A stretch of 64,000 nt of DNA from Eledone cirrhosa (taxonomy: Eukaryota). The notes below the pieces were generated by a model. It had not been told where the DNA came from. It searched no databases and saw nothing but the letters and a program-made list of their open reading frames with translations. Positions 39,644 through 55,671 of this stretch are shown here, one piece after another; within the stretch, counting starts at the first letter, position 1, and every line of letters starts with the position of its first letter. The position numbers were made by a program, and so were the translations under genes. The stretch is taken from positions 427,428,001 to 427,492,000 of the forward strand of contig OZ024740.1 in assembly GCA_964016885.1 (NCBI GenBank), written 5' to 3'.

Positions 39644-40469
39644 TGAGAAACCCAATGCAAGGCTAGGTGCCAAAACAGTAAAATGCCGTCAATGACGGTT
39701 TTGAGTAAAATCTTACCTCAAAGGACAGGAATAAATGGCTAGAAGTGTAAAGAGAAGTTGTCCAGTGAAGTTGTAAAGTGGAGCAAAAGAGGAAAATGGA
39801 AAAATGAAAATGAACGGGATAAAAACACACAAACATCATGTTACGTCATCAGCCCTCTTAGAGGAAAGCAGTTTCACACGATTTAAATTAGAGGGGATGC
39901 ATGTAATTAAAGGTTCGTGCAACAGAAATTAAGTGTTCCGCTCGCATGATATATGCTTAACGAAATGAATAAATAGATAGACAGACAGATAGATCGGAGC
40001 GAGAGAAATTGAATATGTCTGTTCCGTACCAAATCAAAGCTAGAAAAGTCAATATGACCTAGGGCAGCGGAAGTCACCAAAAAGAGCAACGGGTAGAAGG
40101 GGAAGGGGAAAATAAAAGCAACAAAAATAAATGGAGAAAAAGAAAGGATGAAAGTAGTTTCAGGTCAAAGCCCGGTCATTCGCTTTTGTGACTTCTGCTT
40201 GCTCGTTGATACATCGATTCTAACGATTAATCGGCCCTCTGAAACGATCGTAAAACAATGAACTAACTAACTTCCTACGTCTGACTTCTGTCTTCATTTT
40301 ATTGTTCTATGCACACACCCACAAACACATATACACACACAGATACACAGACCCACAGGCACACATACATTTATATATACATTATGTATGTATCATGTAT
40401 GTACGTCTGTTTCTATGTATATATGTATATATGTATATATGTATATATATGTATATATATATATATATG

Positions 40470-40570
<101 letters not shown>

Positions 40571-41112
40571 TAATTTCGAGTATTTCGTTGCTTTCCTCTC
40601 TCAGAGATAGTCGTCAGTATGTAGCTATGTCTTTCACTACGATATTAAAGCTATGTCGAGTATCTCGATATAATCTTTTGAAATAATGGTCAACTCAGAT
40701 TTCAATGTTGAAAGATTCATCAACAACTGAGGAGGGGAGTTGTTGTTGTTGTTATAGATATGTTTACATGTTGGTATTGTTGTTGTTATAGATACGTTTA
40801 CTTGTTGCTGTTGTTTTTGTTGTTATCATAGCGCTTAGGTGTTGTTGTTGTTATAGATGCGTTTTCTTGTTGGTATTGTTGTTATCGGGGCGCGTAGGTG
40901 TTGTTGTTGTTATAGATGCGTTTTCTTGCTGGTATTGTTGTTGTTGTTATTGGGGCGCTTATGTGTTGTTGTTATAGATGCGTTTTCTTGTTGGTATTGT
41001 TGTTGATGTTGTTGTTATACATAAGTTTACTTGTTGGTGTTGTTGTTGTTATAGATGTGTTAACATGTTGTTGTTGCTGTTATAGAGGTGTTTACATGTT
41101 GTTGTTGTTTTG

Positions 41113-41925
41113 TTGTTGTAGAACCGTTTACGTGTTATTGTATTTTGTTGTTGTAGAACCGTTTACGTGCTATTGTATTTTGTCGTTGTAGAACCGTTTA
41201 CGTGTTATTGTATTTTGTTGTTGTAGAACCGTTTACGTGTTATTGTATTTTGTTGTTGTAGAACCGTTTACGTGTTATTGTATTTTGTTGTTGTAGAACC
41301 GTTTACGTGTTATTGTATTTTGTTGTTGTAGAACCGTTTACGTGCTATTGTATTTTGTCGTTGTAGAACCGTTTACGTGTTATTGTATTTTGTCGTTGTA
41401 GAACCGTTTACGTGTTATTGTATTTTGTTGTTGTAGAACCGTTTACGTGTTATTGTATTTTGTCGTTGTAGAACCGTTTACGTGTTATTGTATTTTGTCG
41501 TTGTAGAACCGTTTACGTGTTATTGTATTTTGTCGTTGTAGAACCGTTTACGTGTTATTGTATTTTGTTGTTGTAGAGCCGTTTACGTGTTATTGTATTT
41601 TGTTGTTGTAGAACCGTTTACGTGTTATTGTATTTTGTCGTTGTAGAACCGTTTACGTGTTATTGTATTTTGTTGTTGTAGAACCGTTTACGTGTTATTG
41701 TATTTTGTTGTTGTAGAACCGTTTACGTGTTATTGTATTTTGTTGTTGTAGAACCGTTTACGTGTTATTGTATTTTGTTGTTGTAGAACCGTTTACGTGT
41801 TATTGTATTTTGTTGTTGTAGAACCGTTTACGTGTTATTGTATTTTGTTGTTGTAGAACCGTTTACGTGTTATTGTATTTTGTTGTTGTAGAACCGTTTA
41901 CGTGCTATTGTATTTTGTTGTTGTT
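41113..41925. repeat. 35-bp minisatellite, ~23 copies
   Basis: GTAGAACCGTTTACGTGTTATTGTATTTTGTTGTT repeated head to tail with no spacers. Confidence 0.95.
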
Positions 41926-42358
41926 GAGGCGTTTAAGTGTATTTTTTTGTTTTTATTAACGCGTTTAATTTTTGTTGTTTTTGTTGTTTTTATAGAGCCG
42001 TTTAGATGTTGTTTTTGTTGTTGTTGTAGAGGTGTTTACTTGTGTTTGTTGTTGTTGTAGAGGTGTTTACTTGTTGTTGTTGTTGTTATTATAGAGACGT
42101 TTCCATGTTGTTGTTGTTGTTATTATAGAGACGGTTACATGTTGTTGTTGTTCTTGTTGATTTACTGTTTTGTTCTTTTACCAAAATGAGTCAATAATCT
42201 TTTTTTTATTTATTTCTTTATCTCAAGACATGTGTTTCAAAAGAATTTTCTTTTCGAAACACATGTCTTCTCTCTATTTCACCGAATGTGTTTTGGGGGA
42301 GGTTAATAAATGAATACGTAAAGAAAGAAAGAAACAAAACAAACAAAGAGATAGATAG

Positions 42359-42425
<67 letters not shown>

Positions 42426-42609
42426 AGGAAAACAAGAGATAAATAAATTAATTAATAAAAGATAAGTGGGGGTAAGAGATATAAGAAAGAAATCTAGAAA
42501 AGAAGCAGACGACATCTGCTGAGAATGGGAAGGCAGAAGGAAATGTGGAAGGAAGAATAAAAAGGTGAATATTTCATAAGACATGTGAAGAAATAGAATG
42601 GAGGTGACT

Positions 42610-45600
42610 AACATAGCACTATAGAGAGAGATATAACATGACACTATAGAGATATATAACATAACACTATAGAGAGATATAACATAACACTATAGAGATA
42701 TATAACATAACACTATAGAGAGAGATATAACAACACTATAGAGAGATAACACATAATACTATAGAGAGATATATCATAACACTATAGAGAGATATAACAT
42801 AACACTATAGAGATATATACCATAACACTATAGAGATATATAACATAACACTATAGAGATATATAACATAACACTATAGAGATATATAACAACACTACAG
42901 AGAGAGATATAACATATCACTATAGAGATATATAACATAACACTATAGAGAGAGATATAACATAACACTATAGAGATATATAACATAACTCTAGAGAGAG
43001 AGATATAACATAACACTATAGAGAGATATAACAACACTATAGAGAGAGATATAACAGCACTATAGAGAGATATAACAACACTATAGAGAGAGATATGACA
43101 TAACACTATAGAGAGAGGTATAACAACACTATAGAGAGATATAACATAACACTATAGAGATAGATATAACAAAATTATAGAGAGATATAATATAAAATTA
43201 TAGAGAGATATAACATAACACTATAGTGAGATATAACATAACATTATAGAGAGAGATATAACAACAATATAGAGAGATATAACATAAAACTATAGAGTGA
43301 TATAACATAACACTATAGAGAGATATAACAACAATGTAGAGAGATATAACATGACACTACAGAGAGATATAACAACACTATAGAGAGATATAACACAGCA
43401 CTATAGAGAGAGATATAACATAACACTATAGAGAGATATAACATAACACTATAGAGAAATATAACAACACTATCGAGAGATATATAAGATAACACTATAG
43501 AGAGATATATAACAACACTGTAGAGAGTTATAACATAACACCCTAGAGGGATATAACAGAACACTTTAGAGAGAGATATAACAACACTATAGAGAGAGAT
43601 GTAACAACACTATAGAGAGCTATAAAAACACTATAGAGAGAGATATAACATTATACTATAGAGAGAGATATAACATAACGTTATAAAGAGATATAAATAA
43701 ACACTGTAGAGAGAGATATAACACTATAGAGAGATATAAAATAACACTATAGAGTGAGATATAACAGCATTATAGAGAGAGATATAACATAACATTATCA
43801 TGAGATATATCATACCTCTGTACAGAGAGATATAACAAGACTATAGAGAGGTATAACATAACACTAAAGAGAGATATAACAACACTATAGAGAGAGATAT
43901 AACATAACACTATATAGAGAGAGATATAACATAACACTATAGAGAGAGATATAACAACACTATAGAGAGATATAACATAAGAGTATAGAGAAAGATATAA
44001 CAACACTAGAGATAGAGATATATAAAATAACATTATAGAGAGAGATATAACATTACACTGTAGAGAGATATGACATAACACTACAGACAGGGGGAGATGT
44101 AACAAATCTATAGAGAGTTATAACCACACTTTAGAGAGATATAACATTGCACCACAAAGAGATATAGCAACACTAAATATAGAGAGATATAACAACACTA
44201 TAGACAGATATAACAGCATTATTTAGAGAGATATAACATAACACTATAGAGAGATATAACATAACACTATAGAGAGATATAGCAACTCTATCGAGAGAGA
44301 TATATCGTGACGCTACAGAAAAATATAGCATAACACTATAGAGAGAGATATAACATAACACTATAGATAGATATATAAACAATATAGAGAGAGATATAAC
44401 ATAACACAATAGAGAGAGATATAACATAACACTATACAGAGATATAACATAACATAATAGAGAGATATAGCAACACTATCGAGAGGAATATAACATAACA
44501 CTATAGAGAAATATAACTTAACACTATAGATTGAGAGCGATATAACATAACACTATAGTAAGATATAACAACATTATAGAGATATATAACATAACACTAT
44601 AGAGAGATATAGCAACTCTATCGAGAGAGAGATATCGTGACGCTACAGAGAAATATAGCATAACACTATAGAGAGAGATATAACATAACACTATAGATAG
44701 ATATATAAACAATATAGAGAGAGATATAACATAACACAGTAGAGAGAGATATAACATAACACTATACAGAGATATAACATAACATTATAGAGAGATATAG
44801 CAACACTATCGAGAGAAATATAACATAACACTATAGAGAAATATAACATAACACTATAGATTGAGATATAACAACACAATAGAGATATATAACGCAACAC
44901 TATAGAGAGATATAACACAACACTATAGAGAGATATAACACAAGACTGTAGAGAGAGATATAACATAACACTATAGAGAGATATAACATAACACAATAGA
45001 GGGATATAACAACATAATAGAGAGAGATATAACATGTCACTATAGAGAGAGATTTAACAACATTATAGCGAGAGATAGAACATAACACTATAGAGAGATA
45101 TAACAACATTATAGAGAGATATAAGATAACACTAAAGAGAGAAATATAACATAACACATTAGAGAGATATAACAACACTATAGAAAGATATTACCTAACA
45201 CTATAGAGAGAGAGATAACATAACACTATACAGAGAGATATAACATAACACTATAGAGAGATATAACATAACCCTATAGAGAGAGATATAACATAACACT
45301 ATAGAGAGATATCACAACATTATAGGGAGATATAACATAACACTATAGAGAGATTTAACAACCCTATAGAGAGATATAACCTAACACTATAGAGAGATAT
45401 AACCTAACACTATAGAGAGAGATATAACATAACACTATAGAGAGGTATAACAACACTATAGGGAGATATATAACATAACACTATAGAGAGAGATATAACA
45501 TAACACTGTAGAGAAATATAACATAGCACTATAGAGATATATAAAATAGCAATATAGAGAGATATAACAACACTATACAGAGAGATATAACATGACACTA

Positions 45601-48600
45601 TATAGAGAGAGATATAACAACACTAGAGAGAGATATAACACAACACTATATAGAGAGATATAACAATACTATAGAGAGATATAACAATAGTATAGATAGA
45701 AATAAAATAACACTATAGAGAGATATAACATAACCATATAGAGAGATATAACAACACTAGAGTGAGAGATATAACATAACACTATATAGAGATATAACGA
45801 CGCTATAGAGAGAGATATCACATAACACTATAGGGAGATATAACATAACACGATAGAGAGATTTAACATAACACTATAGAGAGATATAACATAACACTAT
45901 AGAGAGAGATATAACCTAACACTTTAGAGTGATATAACATAGAGAGATATAACAACACTATAGACTGTGATAGAACATAACACTATAGAGAGATATGACA
46001 TAACACTATAGAGAGACATATAACATAACACTTTAGAGAGATATAACATACAGAGATATAACAAGACTATAGACAGTGATAGAACATAACACTATAGAGA
46101 GATATAACAACACTATAGAGAGAGATATGACATAACACTATAGAGAGAGATATAACATAACAATATAGAGAGATATAACATAACACTATAGAGAGAGATA
46201 TAACAACATTATAAGGAGATATAAGATAACACTATACAGAGATATAACATAACACTGTAGAGAGAGATATAACAACATAATAGAGAGCCATGACATAACA
46301 CTATAGAGAGATATAACATGACACTGTAGAGAGATATAACAACACTATAGAGAGAGATATAACATAACACTATATAGAGAGAGGTATAACATAACACTAT
46401 AGAGAGAGATATAACAACACTATAGAGAGATATAACAACACTAGAGAGAGATATATAACATAACATTAAAGAGAGAAATATATCATAACACTGTAGACAG
46501 ATATGACAACACTACAGAGGGAGATATAATAACACTATAAAGAGATATAATCTAACACTGTAGAGAGAGAGATGTAACAACACTATAGAGAGATATAACT
46601 TAACACCGTAGAGACATATAACATCACTATAGTGAGAGATATAAGATAACACTAAATATAGAGAGATATATCAACACTATAGAGAGATATAACATAACAC
46701 TATAGCAAGATATAATAACAATATAGAGAGATATAACACAACAATATAGAGAGAGATATAACATGACAGTATACAGAGAGATATAAAATAAAACTGTAGA
46801 GAGATATAACGTAACACTGTAGACATATATGACCTAACACTACAGAAGGAGATATAACAACACTATAGAGAGAGATATAACATAACACTATAGAGAGAGA
46901 TATAACAACACTATAGAAAGATATAACCTAACACTATAGAGAGAGATATAACATAACACTATAGAGAGAGATATAACATAACACTATAGAGAGAGATATA
47001 ACATAACACTATAGAGAGATATAACATAACCCTATAGAGAGATATAACATAACACTATAGAGAGATATCACAACATTATAGGGAGATATAAGCTAACACT
47101 ATAGAGAGAGATATAACATAACACTAAAGAGAGAGATATAACATAACACATTAGAGAGATATAACAACCCTATAGAGAGATATAACATAACACTATAGAG
47201 AGAGATATAACATAACACTATAGAGAGATATAACATAACCCTATAGAGAGAGATATAACATAACACTATAGAGAGATATAACAACCCTATAGAGAGATAT
47301 AACCTAACACTATAGAGAGAGATATAACATAAAACTATAGAGAGATATAATAATACTATAGGGAGAGATATAACATAACACTATATACAGAGAGATATAA
47401 CAACACTAGAGAGAGATATAACACAACACTATATAGAGAGATATAACAATACTATAGAGAGATATAACAATAGTATAGAGAGAAATAAAATAACACTATA
47501 GAGTGAGATATAACAATAGTATAGAGAGATATAACAATAGTATAGATAGAAATAAAATAACACTATAGAGAGATATAACATAACCATATAGAGAGATATA
47601 ACAACACTAGAGTGAGATATATAACATTACACTATATAGAGATATAACGACACTATAGAGAGAGATATCACATAACACTATAGGGAGATATAACATAACA
47701 CGATAGAGAGATTTAACATAACACTATAGAGAGATATAACATAACACTATAGAGAGAGATATAACATAACACTTTAGAGTGATATCACCTAGAGAGATAT
47801 AACAACACTATAGACAGTGATAGAACATAACACTATAGAGAGATATAACATAACACTATAGAGAGAGATATAACATAACACTTTAGGGTGATATAACCTA
47901 GAGAGATATAACAAGACTATAGACAGTGATAGAACATGACACTATAGTGAGATAAAACAACACTATAATGAGAGATATAACAAGACTATAGAGAGATATA
48001 ACAACACTATAGAGAGAGATATGAGATAACACTATAGAGAGAGATATAACATAACAATATAGAGAGATATAACATAACATTATAGAGAGAGATATAACAA
48101 CACTATAGAGAGATATAACAACATTATAAGGAGATATAAGATAACACTATAGAGAGATATAACATAACACTGTAGAGAGATATAACAACACTATAGAGAG
48201 AGATATAACATAACACTATATAGAGAGAGGTATAACATAACACTATAGAGAGAGATATAACAACACTATAGAGAGATATAACAACACTAGAGAGAGATAT
48301 ATAACAACATTAAAGAGAGAAATATATCATAACACTGTAGACAGATATGACAACACTACAGAGGGAGATATAATAACACTATAAAGAGATATAACAACAC
48401 TGTAGAGAGATATAACATGACACTACAGAGAGATATAACAACACTATATATACAGAGAGATAACAACACTATAGAGAGATATAACAACACTATCGACAGT
48501 GATATGACATAACACTATAGAGAGAGTTATAACAGAACACTGTAGAGAGATATAGCATAACACTATAGTAAGATATAACAACACTATAGAGATATATAAC

Positions 48601-51600
48601 ATAACACTATAGAGAGATATTGCATTGCAATATAGACAGATATAACATAACACTGTAGAGAGAGATATAACAACACTATAGTGAGATATAACAACACTAT
48701 AGAGAGATATAATATAACACTATATGAGAGATATAACAACACTATAGAGAGAGATGTAACAACACTATAGAGAGATATAAAATTAACACTGTAGAGAGAT
48801 ATAACAACACTATAGAGAGAGATATAAGATAACACTATAGAGAGATATAAGATAACACTGTAGAGAGAGATATAACATCACTATAGAGATATATAACATA
48901 ACATTATAGAGAGAGATATAACAACACTATAGAGAGATATTACAACACTAGAGAGAGATATATAACATAACATTATAGAGTGAGATATAACAACACTATA
49001 GAGAGAGATATATCATAACACTGTAGAGATATATGACATAACACTACAGAGAGAGAGATATCATAACACTGTAGAGATATATGACATAACACTACAGAGG
49101 GAGATATAAAATAAAACTATAGAGACATATAACAACACTGTAGAGAGAGATAACATGACACTAGAGAGAAATATAACAACACTATATAGAGAGAGATATG
49201 ACAACAATATAGAGAGATATAACATAACACTATAGAGTGATATAACACTATAGAGAGATATAACAACACTATCGAGAAAGATATAACATAACACTATAGA
49301 GTGAGATATATCATTACACTATAGATATAGATATAACAACACTATAGAGAGATATAACATAACACTATAGAGAGATATAATCTAACACTGTAGAGAGAGA
49401 GATGTAACAACACTATAGAGAGATATAACTTAACACCGTAGAGACATATAACATCACTATAGTGAGAGATATAAGATAACACTAAATATATAGAGATATA
49501 TCAACACTATAGAGAGATATAACATAACACTATAGCAAGATATAATAACAATATAGAGAGATATAACACAACAATATAGAGAGAGATATAACATGACAGT
49601 ATAGAGAGAGATATAACAACACTATACAGAGAGATATAACATAAAACTGTAGAGAGATATAACGTAACACTGTAGACATATATGCCCTAACACTACAGAA
49701 GGAGATATAACAACACTATAGAGAGAGATATAACATAACACTATAGAGAGAGATATAACAGAACACATTAGAGAGAGATATAACAACACTATTGAGAGAT
49801 ATAACATAACACTATAGAGAGAGATATAACAGAACACTATAAAGAGATATAACAACACAATAGAGAGAGATATAACAACACTATACAGAGATATAACATA
49901 ACACTATAGAGAGATATAACATAACACTATAGAGAGAGATATAACAACACTATTGAGAGATATACCATAACTCTATAGAGAGATATAACATAACACTGTA
50001 GAGAGATATGACATAATAATGTAGTGAGAGATATAACAACACTATAGAAAGGTATAACATAACACTATAGAGAGATATAACATAACACTATAGAAAGAGA
50101 TGACATAACAATACAGAGGGAGATATAACAACTCTATAGAGAGATATAACATAATACTATAGAGTGATATAACAACACAGTAGAGAGAGATAACAACACT
50201 ATAGACAGAGATATAACATAACACTAAAGAAAGATATAACAACACTATAGACAGAGATATAACATAACACTATAGAGAGATATAACAACACTATAGAGAG
50301 TTATAACATAACACTATAGAGAGGTATAACATAACACTATAGAGAGATATAACAACACTATAAAGAGAGATATAACATAATACTATATAGAGAGAGGTAT
50401 AACATAACACTATAGAGAGAGATATAACAACACTATAGAGATATATAACATAACACTATAGAGAGAGATATAACAACACTATAGAGAGATATAACAACAT
50501 TAGAGAGAGATATATAACATAACATCATAGAGTGAGATATAACAACACTATAGAGAGAGATATATCATAACACTGTAGAGATATATGACATAACACTACA
50601 GAGAGAGATATATCATAACACTGTAGAGATATATGACATAACACTACAGAGGGAGATATAATAACACTATAGAGACATATAACAACACTGTAGAGAGATA
50701 TAACATGACACTAGAGAGAGATATAACAACACTATAGAGAGAGAGATATGACAACACTATAGAGAGAGATATTATATAACACTAAATATAGAGAGATATA
50801 TCAACACTATAGAGAGATATAACATAACACTATAGCAAGATATAATAACAATATAGAGAGATATAACACAACAATATAGAGAGAGATATAACATAACACT
50901 ATAGAGAGAGATATAACAACACTATAGAGAGATATAACAACACCTTAGAGAGAGATATAACATACCACTGTAGAGAGATATAACGTAACACTGTAGACAG
51001 ATATAACATAACACTATAGAGAGATATAACATAACACTATAGAGAGAGATATAACATAACACTATAGAGAGATAAAAGATAACACTATAGAGAGATATAA
51101 CATAACACTATATAGAGAGATATAACATAACACTATAGAGAGATATAACATGACACTATAGAGGGATATAAGAACACTATAGTGAGAGAGATATAACACA
51201 ACACTACAATCACATAAAAAAGAAGAGTAGTTTCCTAACATAATGTTTTTCTTTTTTTTGCTTCAAATTTTTATATTCAACTTTCTATCTTTTCTAATTA
51301 TGATTTTACTTCACAAATAAAAAGACGTGGCAAAATTATTTCTCCATAAAAAAATGATATCAATAATTTTATATAAAATAACACTATATAGAGATATAAC
51401 ATAACACTATAGTGAGAGATATAACATAACACTATAGAGAGAGATATAACATAACACTATAGAGAGATATAACATAACACTATAGACAGATATAACAACA
51501 CTATACAGAGAGATATCACATAACACTATAAAGAGATATAACATAACACTATAGAGAGATATAACAACACTATAAGAGAGATATACCAACACTATAGGCA

Positions 51601-52340
51601 GATATAACATAACACTATAGAGAGATATGACATAACATTATAGAGAGATATAACAACATTGTAGAGAGATATAACAACACTATAGAGAGATATAACTTAA
51701 CACTATAGAGAGATATAACAACACTAGAGAGAGAGATATATAATATAACACTATAGAGAGAGATATAACATAACACTATAGAGAGAGATAAAACAACACT
51801 ATAGGGAGATATAACATAACATTATAGAGAGATATATAACAACACTATAGAGAGAGATATAACATAACACTATAGAGGGGGATATAACAACACTAGAGAG
51901 AGAGATATAACATAACACTATATAGAGATATCAAATATCACTATAGAGAGAGATAAAACAACACTATAGGGAGATATAACATAAAACTATAGAGAGAGAT
52001 ATAACAACACTATAGAGATATATAACGCAACACTATAGAGAGATATAACACAACACTATAGAGAGATATAACACAAGACTGGAGAGAGAGATATAACATA
52101 ACACTATAGAGAGATATAACAACACTATCGCGAGAGATATAACAACACTATAGAGAGATATAACATACCACTATAGAAAGAGATATAAAATAACACTATA
52201 GAGAGATATAACAACACTATAGAGTGATATAACAACAGTATAGAGAGATATAACAACACTATAGAGAGGGATATAACATAACACTATAGAGAGAGATATA
52301 ACATAACACTATAGAGAGATATAACATAACACTATAGAGA
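42610..52340. repeat. ~9.7-kb satellite of ~20-25-bp units (CTATAGAGAGATATAACATAACA)
   Basis: Directly visible. Unit length varies via (GA)n and ACATAAC/ACAAC. Interrupted at about 51206-51378. Confidence 0.97.
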
Positions 52341-52437
52341 GGAAGTATTGAACATGGATTACTAGAGTTGATATAATTTCTACCACCATTACTACTACTA
52401 CTACTACTACTACTACTATTAATACTACTACTACTCT

Positions 52438-52502
<65 letters not shown>

Positions 52503-52560
52503 TTCTTGAGGAACAGCAGTGAATTTATTATTTTTCGGGGGCAGTCTATGTTAGAATATG

Positions 52561-55500
52561 CTTTCTTTATTAACCACAAGAGTTTACTCAAAATCAGACA
52601 TTAAGGACAATACAGGACAATACAGGACAATACAGGACGGTACAGGACGGTACAGGACAATACAGGACAATACAGGACAATACAGGACGGTACAGGACGG
52701 TACAGGACGGTACAAGACGGTACAAATGGACATTTCTGCGTGTAAAAAAAAACAGAGGTTGTAACAAAAAAAAAAAGAAACAATGAAAAATTCTCCAATA
52801 GGGGTGAAACTTCCGAGGGACATTCGTGGAGAAACCCCATTGAAAAATCCACGTTGACCCAGACCACCAGGGCAAGTGCCCTCTCCCAGTTTTCCACCTT
52901 TAATTTACAGACACATACTCAGAGTAGGCCCATTCACTCGGGCCATTCTTGCTTCCCTCACCCATCTTTCAACAAAATGCTGCGAAAAGAGCACTCCCCT
53001 CTCTACCCTGATTTTCCTTTTCAAATGAAATTTGAAAAAGTCAATCAGGGCATCACCGAAGAGGTAAGTGCTCGTCTTCAGCCCTTTCAAACGTGTACAC
53101 CATACTATCTCTTTCACCATGGCCACCAGACAGATAAAAACTCCCTGGGAAGAGGGCGGGGCAATCCTCACGATGGACTCAGCTGATAGCCGGATCCGTC
53201 CTACACGCGACAGCAGGTGTTCGACATAAATCCACAAGTCAGCAATGCTCGGACACTGGATGAGTCCGTGCAGGACGTTTTCGTCGCCCTGCGTGCATCT
53301 CGGACATGCCCGGCTGACGGCACCTCCATGACTTTAGAGTTTATCCCGAACTGGCAAAGCTCCTCGGTAGCACTGCCAGGCCAGGGATTTCTGGAAGTTG
53401 TCCATAGGCCCCGGTTCGAAAGTTATTCCGAAGAGATTGGCTAGTTGATTTTCATCGACGCCTAGAGTTTCCCTAAGTATGTCGTCGCTCTTCCCCTTCA
53501 CTAGTCCTCTATAGAACGCAAGGTTGAGTTTCCACCGATCACATTGCCCGATTGGTCGAGGGCTATGAGCGCCTGAAGACATTCCTGTCTCCAAGCGCTA
53601 CCTCTCGGTCTTCGCTTGACTCAGGACTGCAGCTCCCTCAAGGATACGATCTGGGGAAAGACGCGACTAGCAAATGGCGATCACACCTGATCACCACCGA
53701 GGAAGAGGTGGAGAGGTCGTAGCCTAAGCGCGTGTCTGTCCATCATCAGCTCCTGCATACCCAGCCCTCCACGTAGCGGGTGTCGACCGTTCATTCTCAC
53801 CACAGAGCAGATGTCGCTGTGCATGGCAGCGATCCAGCCTCTGAAGACGGGCCCAAAGCCATCCGCCCTCAGGACTGCCGCCAGATAACGATAGTCGACC
53901 CTATCGAAAGCTTTCGACTGATCTAAATTGATCAAGGATTCACCCGTGCCAGGTTCCCTAGCTACCCTCTCCACGATGTATCGCATGAGGTGGAGGTTGT
54001 CGTGGATGGATCTGTTGGGAATGGCGCATGTCTGCGCCTCTCCCACCAGACCACCAACGACAAGCGCCAACCTCTTTGCTAGCACCTTGGCCAAAATCTT
54101 GAACTTTGTGTTTAGCAGAGTTATGGGCCTGAAATTATCTACGTTATCCCCCTTGTTCGGATCCTTTCTCAGCAGCGCCACCGCTCCTCGGCTCACAGAG
54201 CTGGGAATTCTCCCGTTCTGTAGCCAGTTGCAGTAGACGTCCGCCAAGAGGCCTCCGAACAAGTCTGGCATCTGTACGTAAAGTTCATAGGGCAGACCAT
54301 CCAAACCACGCGATTTACCCCTTGTACAGCCAGTCATTGCCTTCCGTACTTCAGCGGCTGTTATCGGCTTCTTACAACACTCCGTCTCAGTGGGCGAGAG
54401 CCGCGGCAGTCCGTCGAAGTAGGCACTAAAGTCCATCCTTCGATCCGGCGCGCCGCTGCCCGCGAACAGCTGAGCGAAGTGTCGCTGAAAAGCTACCCAT
54501 TTTCCCGGGATCGAGTAGAATGCGCCCATCGTGGTTCACCAAAGACCGGATCGTGGCTTTGTTGCCACGACGCGCCTCCGCCACTCGGGCCCATTGAATA
54601 GCTTTCGTCCCCTCGTGTCTGAGAGCACGCACCCTAGATCTGACAACGCAGCCTTCGTGCTTTGCATTGAAGAATTGGTCAAGAGCCAATTTCGCCGTAG
54701 CGATGCCTTCGCACCGAAGTCTAATTTTCTAACTAGTTCTCCCTCTGCTCTATTTTTATTTATTGCTAAAGCCTTACTAAACCTAATGGACTCTATTCTA
54801 ATCGCTCTTTTCAGAGCAAACCACCACTTGTTGTTGACGATGGCTCCCGTCAACGCCCGCTTAACTAGTTCACTAATCCTGGCTCTGTAGGCCTTGCGCG
54901 CTGTTAATGACGCGTTTAGCTTCCAGTAGCCGGGTCCCTGTCTATGAAGCCTATCTAAGTCAACCTCACAGATCACGAATTTGTGGTCTGTGTAGTCGAC
55001 TATTTTGAAATGTGGACAGCCTATGCTAGACCTACCTATTTCCCTACAAAATACCCTATCTAGATATGATCTGGATGACCCGATACGATTTGTCCATGTC
55101 CACATTGGTACATGCGGGAAATCCAGACGGTACCTGCCAGACAGTTGAAACCGTCTGAGCAGATTTGCGAGGCTTTTACACCCTCCTCCCTATCTGCTAA
55201 TCCCACACAGTCCCATCGTGCATCTAAGATCCCGTTCCAGTCGCCCTCTAACACTAAAGAGCGGGACGTTCCAAGAAAGGTCTCCAGACGCCGGAAGAAA
55301 TCAGACCGCCCTGCTCCTGTCGGGGCGTAGACGGCCACTAGCTTGAAAGCTGCCCGTCTCCACTGGTCACGTCCAGCACCACCAACTTACCTTCTGGGTC
55401 CAGGAAGATGGTCCGTATGGCGAGATCCAAGCCTCTCTGAAAAAGCACAGCCACTCCTCCCCCGATCCAGGACGGCTGGGAGATGTGTACACATCATAGC

Positions 55501-55671
55501 CGCCGAAGATCGGTGCGAAGGCCCGTGCTTCGGAGATTCTGGTCTCGCTGATGGCCCCCACATCTATGTTTAGTGACCTGAGGTTGATGAGCAGGTGGCC
55601 CTGCTTCCATGACGACCCCAGGCCACGCGCATTTATGCTGCCTATTCTGAGTGAAGTCATGTTGAAAAGGA
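52561..55671 (-). mobile_element. Tx1/L1-clade LINE (APE-RT-zf ORF2), 5'-truncated and internally deleted, with 18-bp TSD
   Basis: MTSLRIGSINARGL, GDWN, YLDR and TDHK (APE); GYWKLN; GLDGLPYELY, FRPITLLN and DQSKAFDRV (RT). TSD AGTCTATGTTAGAATATG at 52543-52560 and 55672-55689. Confidence 0.95.
53681..54529 (-). pseudogene. LINE reverse transcriptase N-terminal half fused to post-RT region
   Basis: RT domains 0-3 are followed directly by HPLRGGLG; no QG or YADD motif. Confidence 0.85.

Noticed and set aside
41113-41925. 35-bp repeats as a CRISPR array
   Set aside because: No unique spacers, no cas genes, and a eukaryotic context.
42828-51610. Hydrophobic minus-strand ORFs (LYSVMLYLSIV...)
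   Set aside because: Frame artefacts of the ~23-bp satellite.
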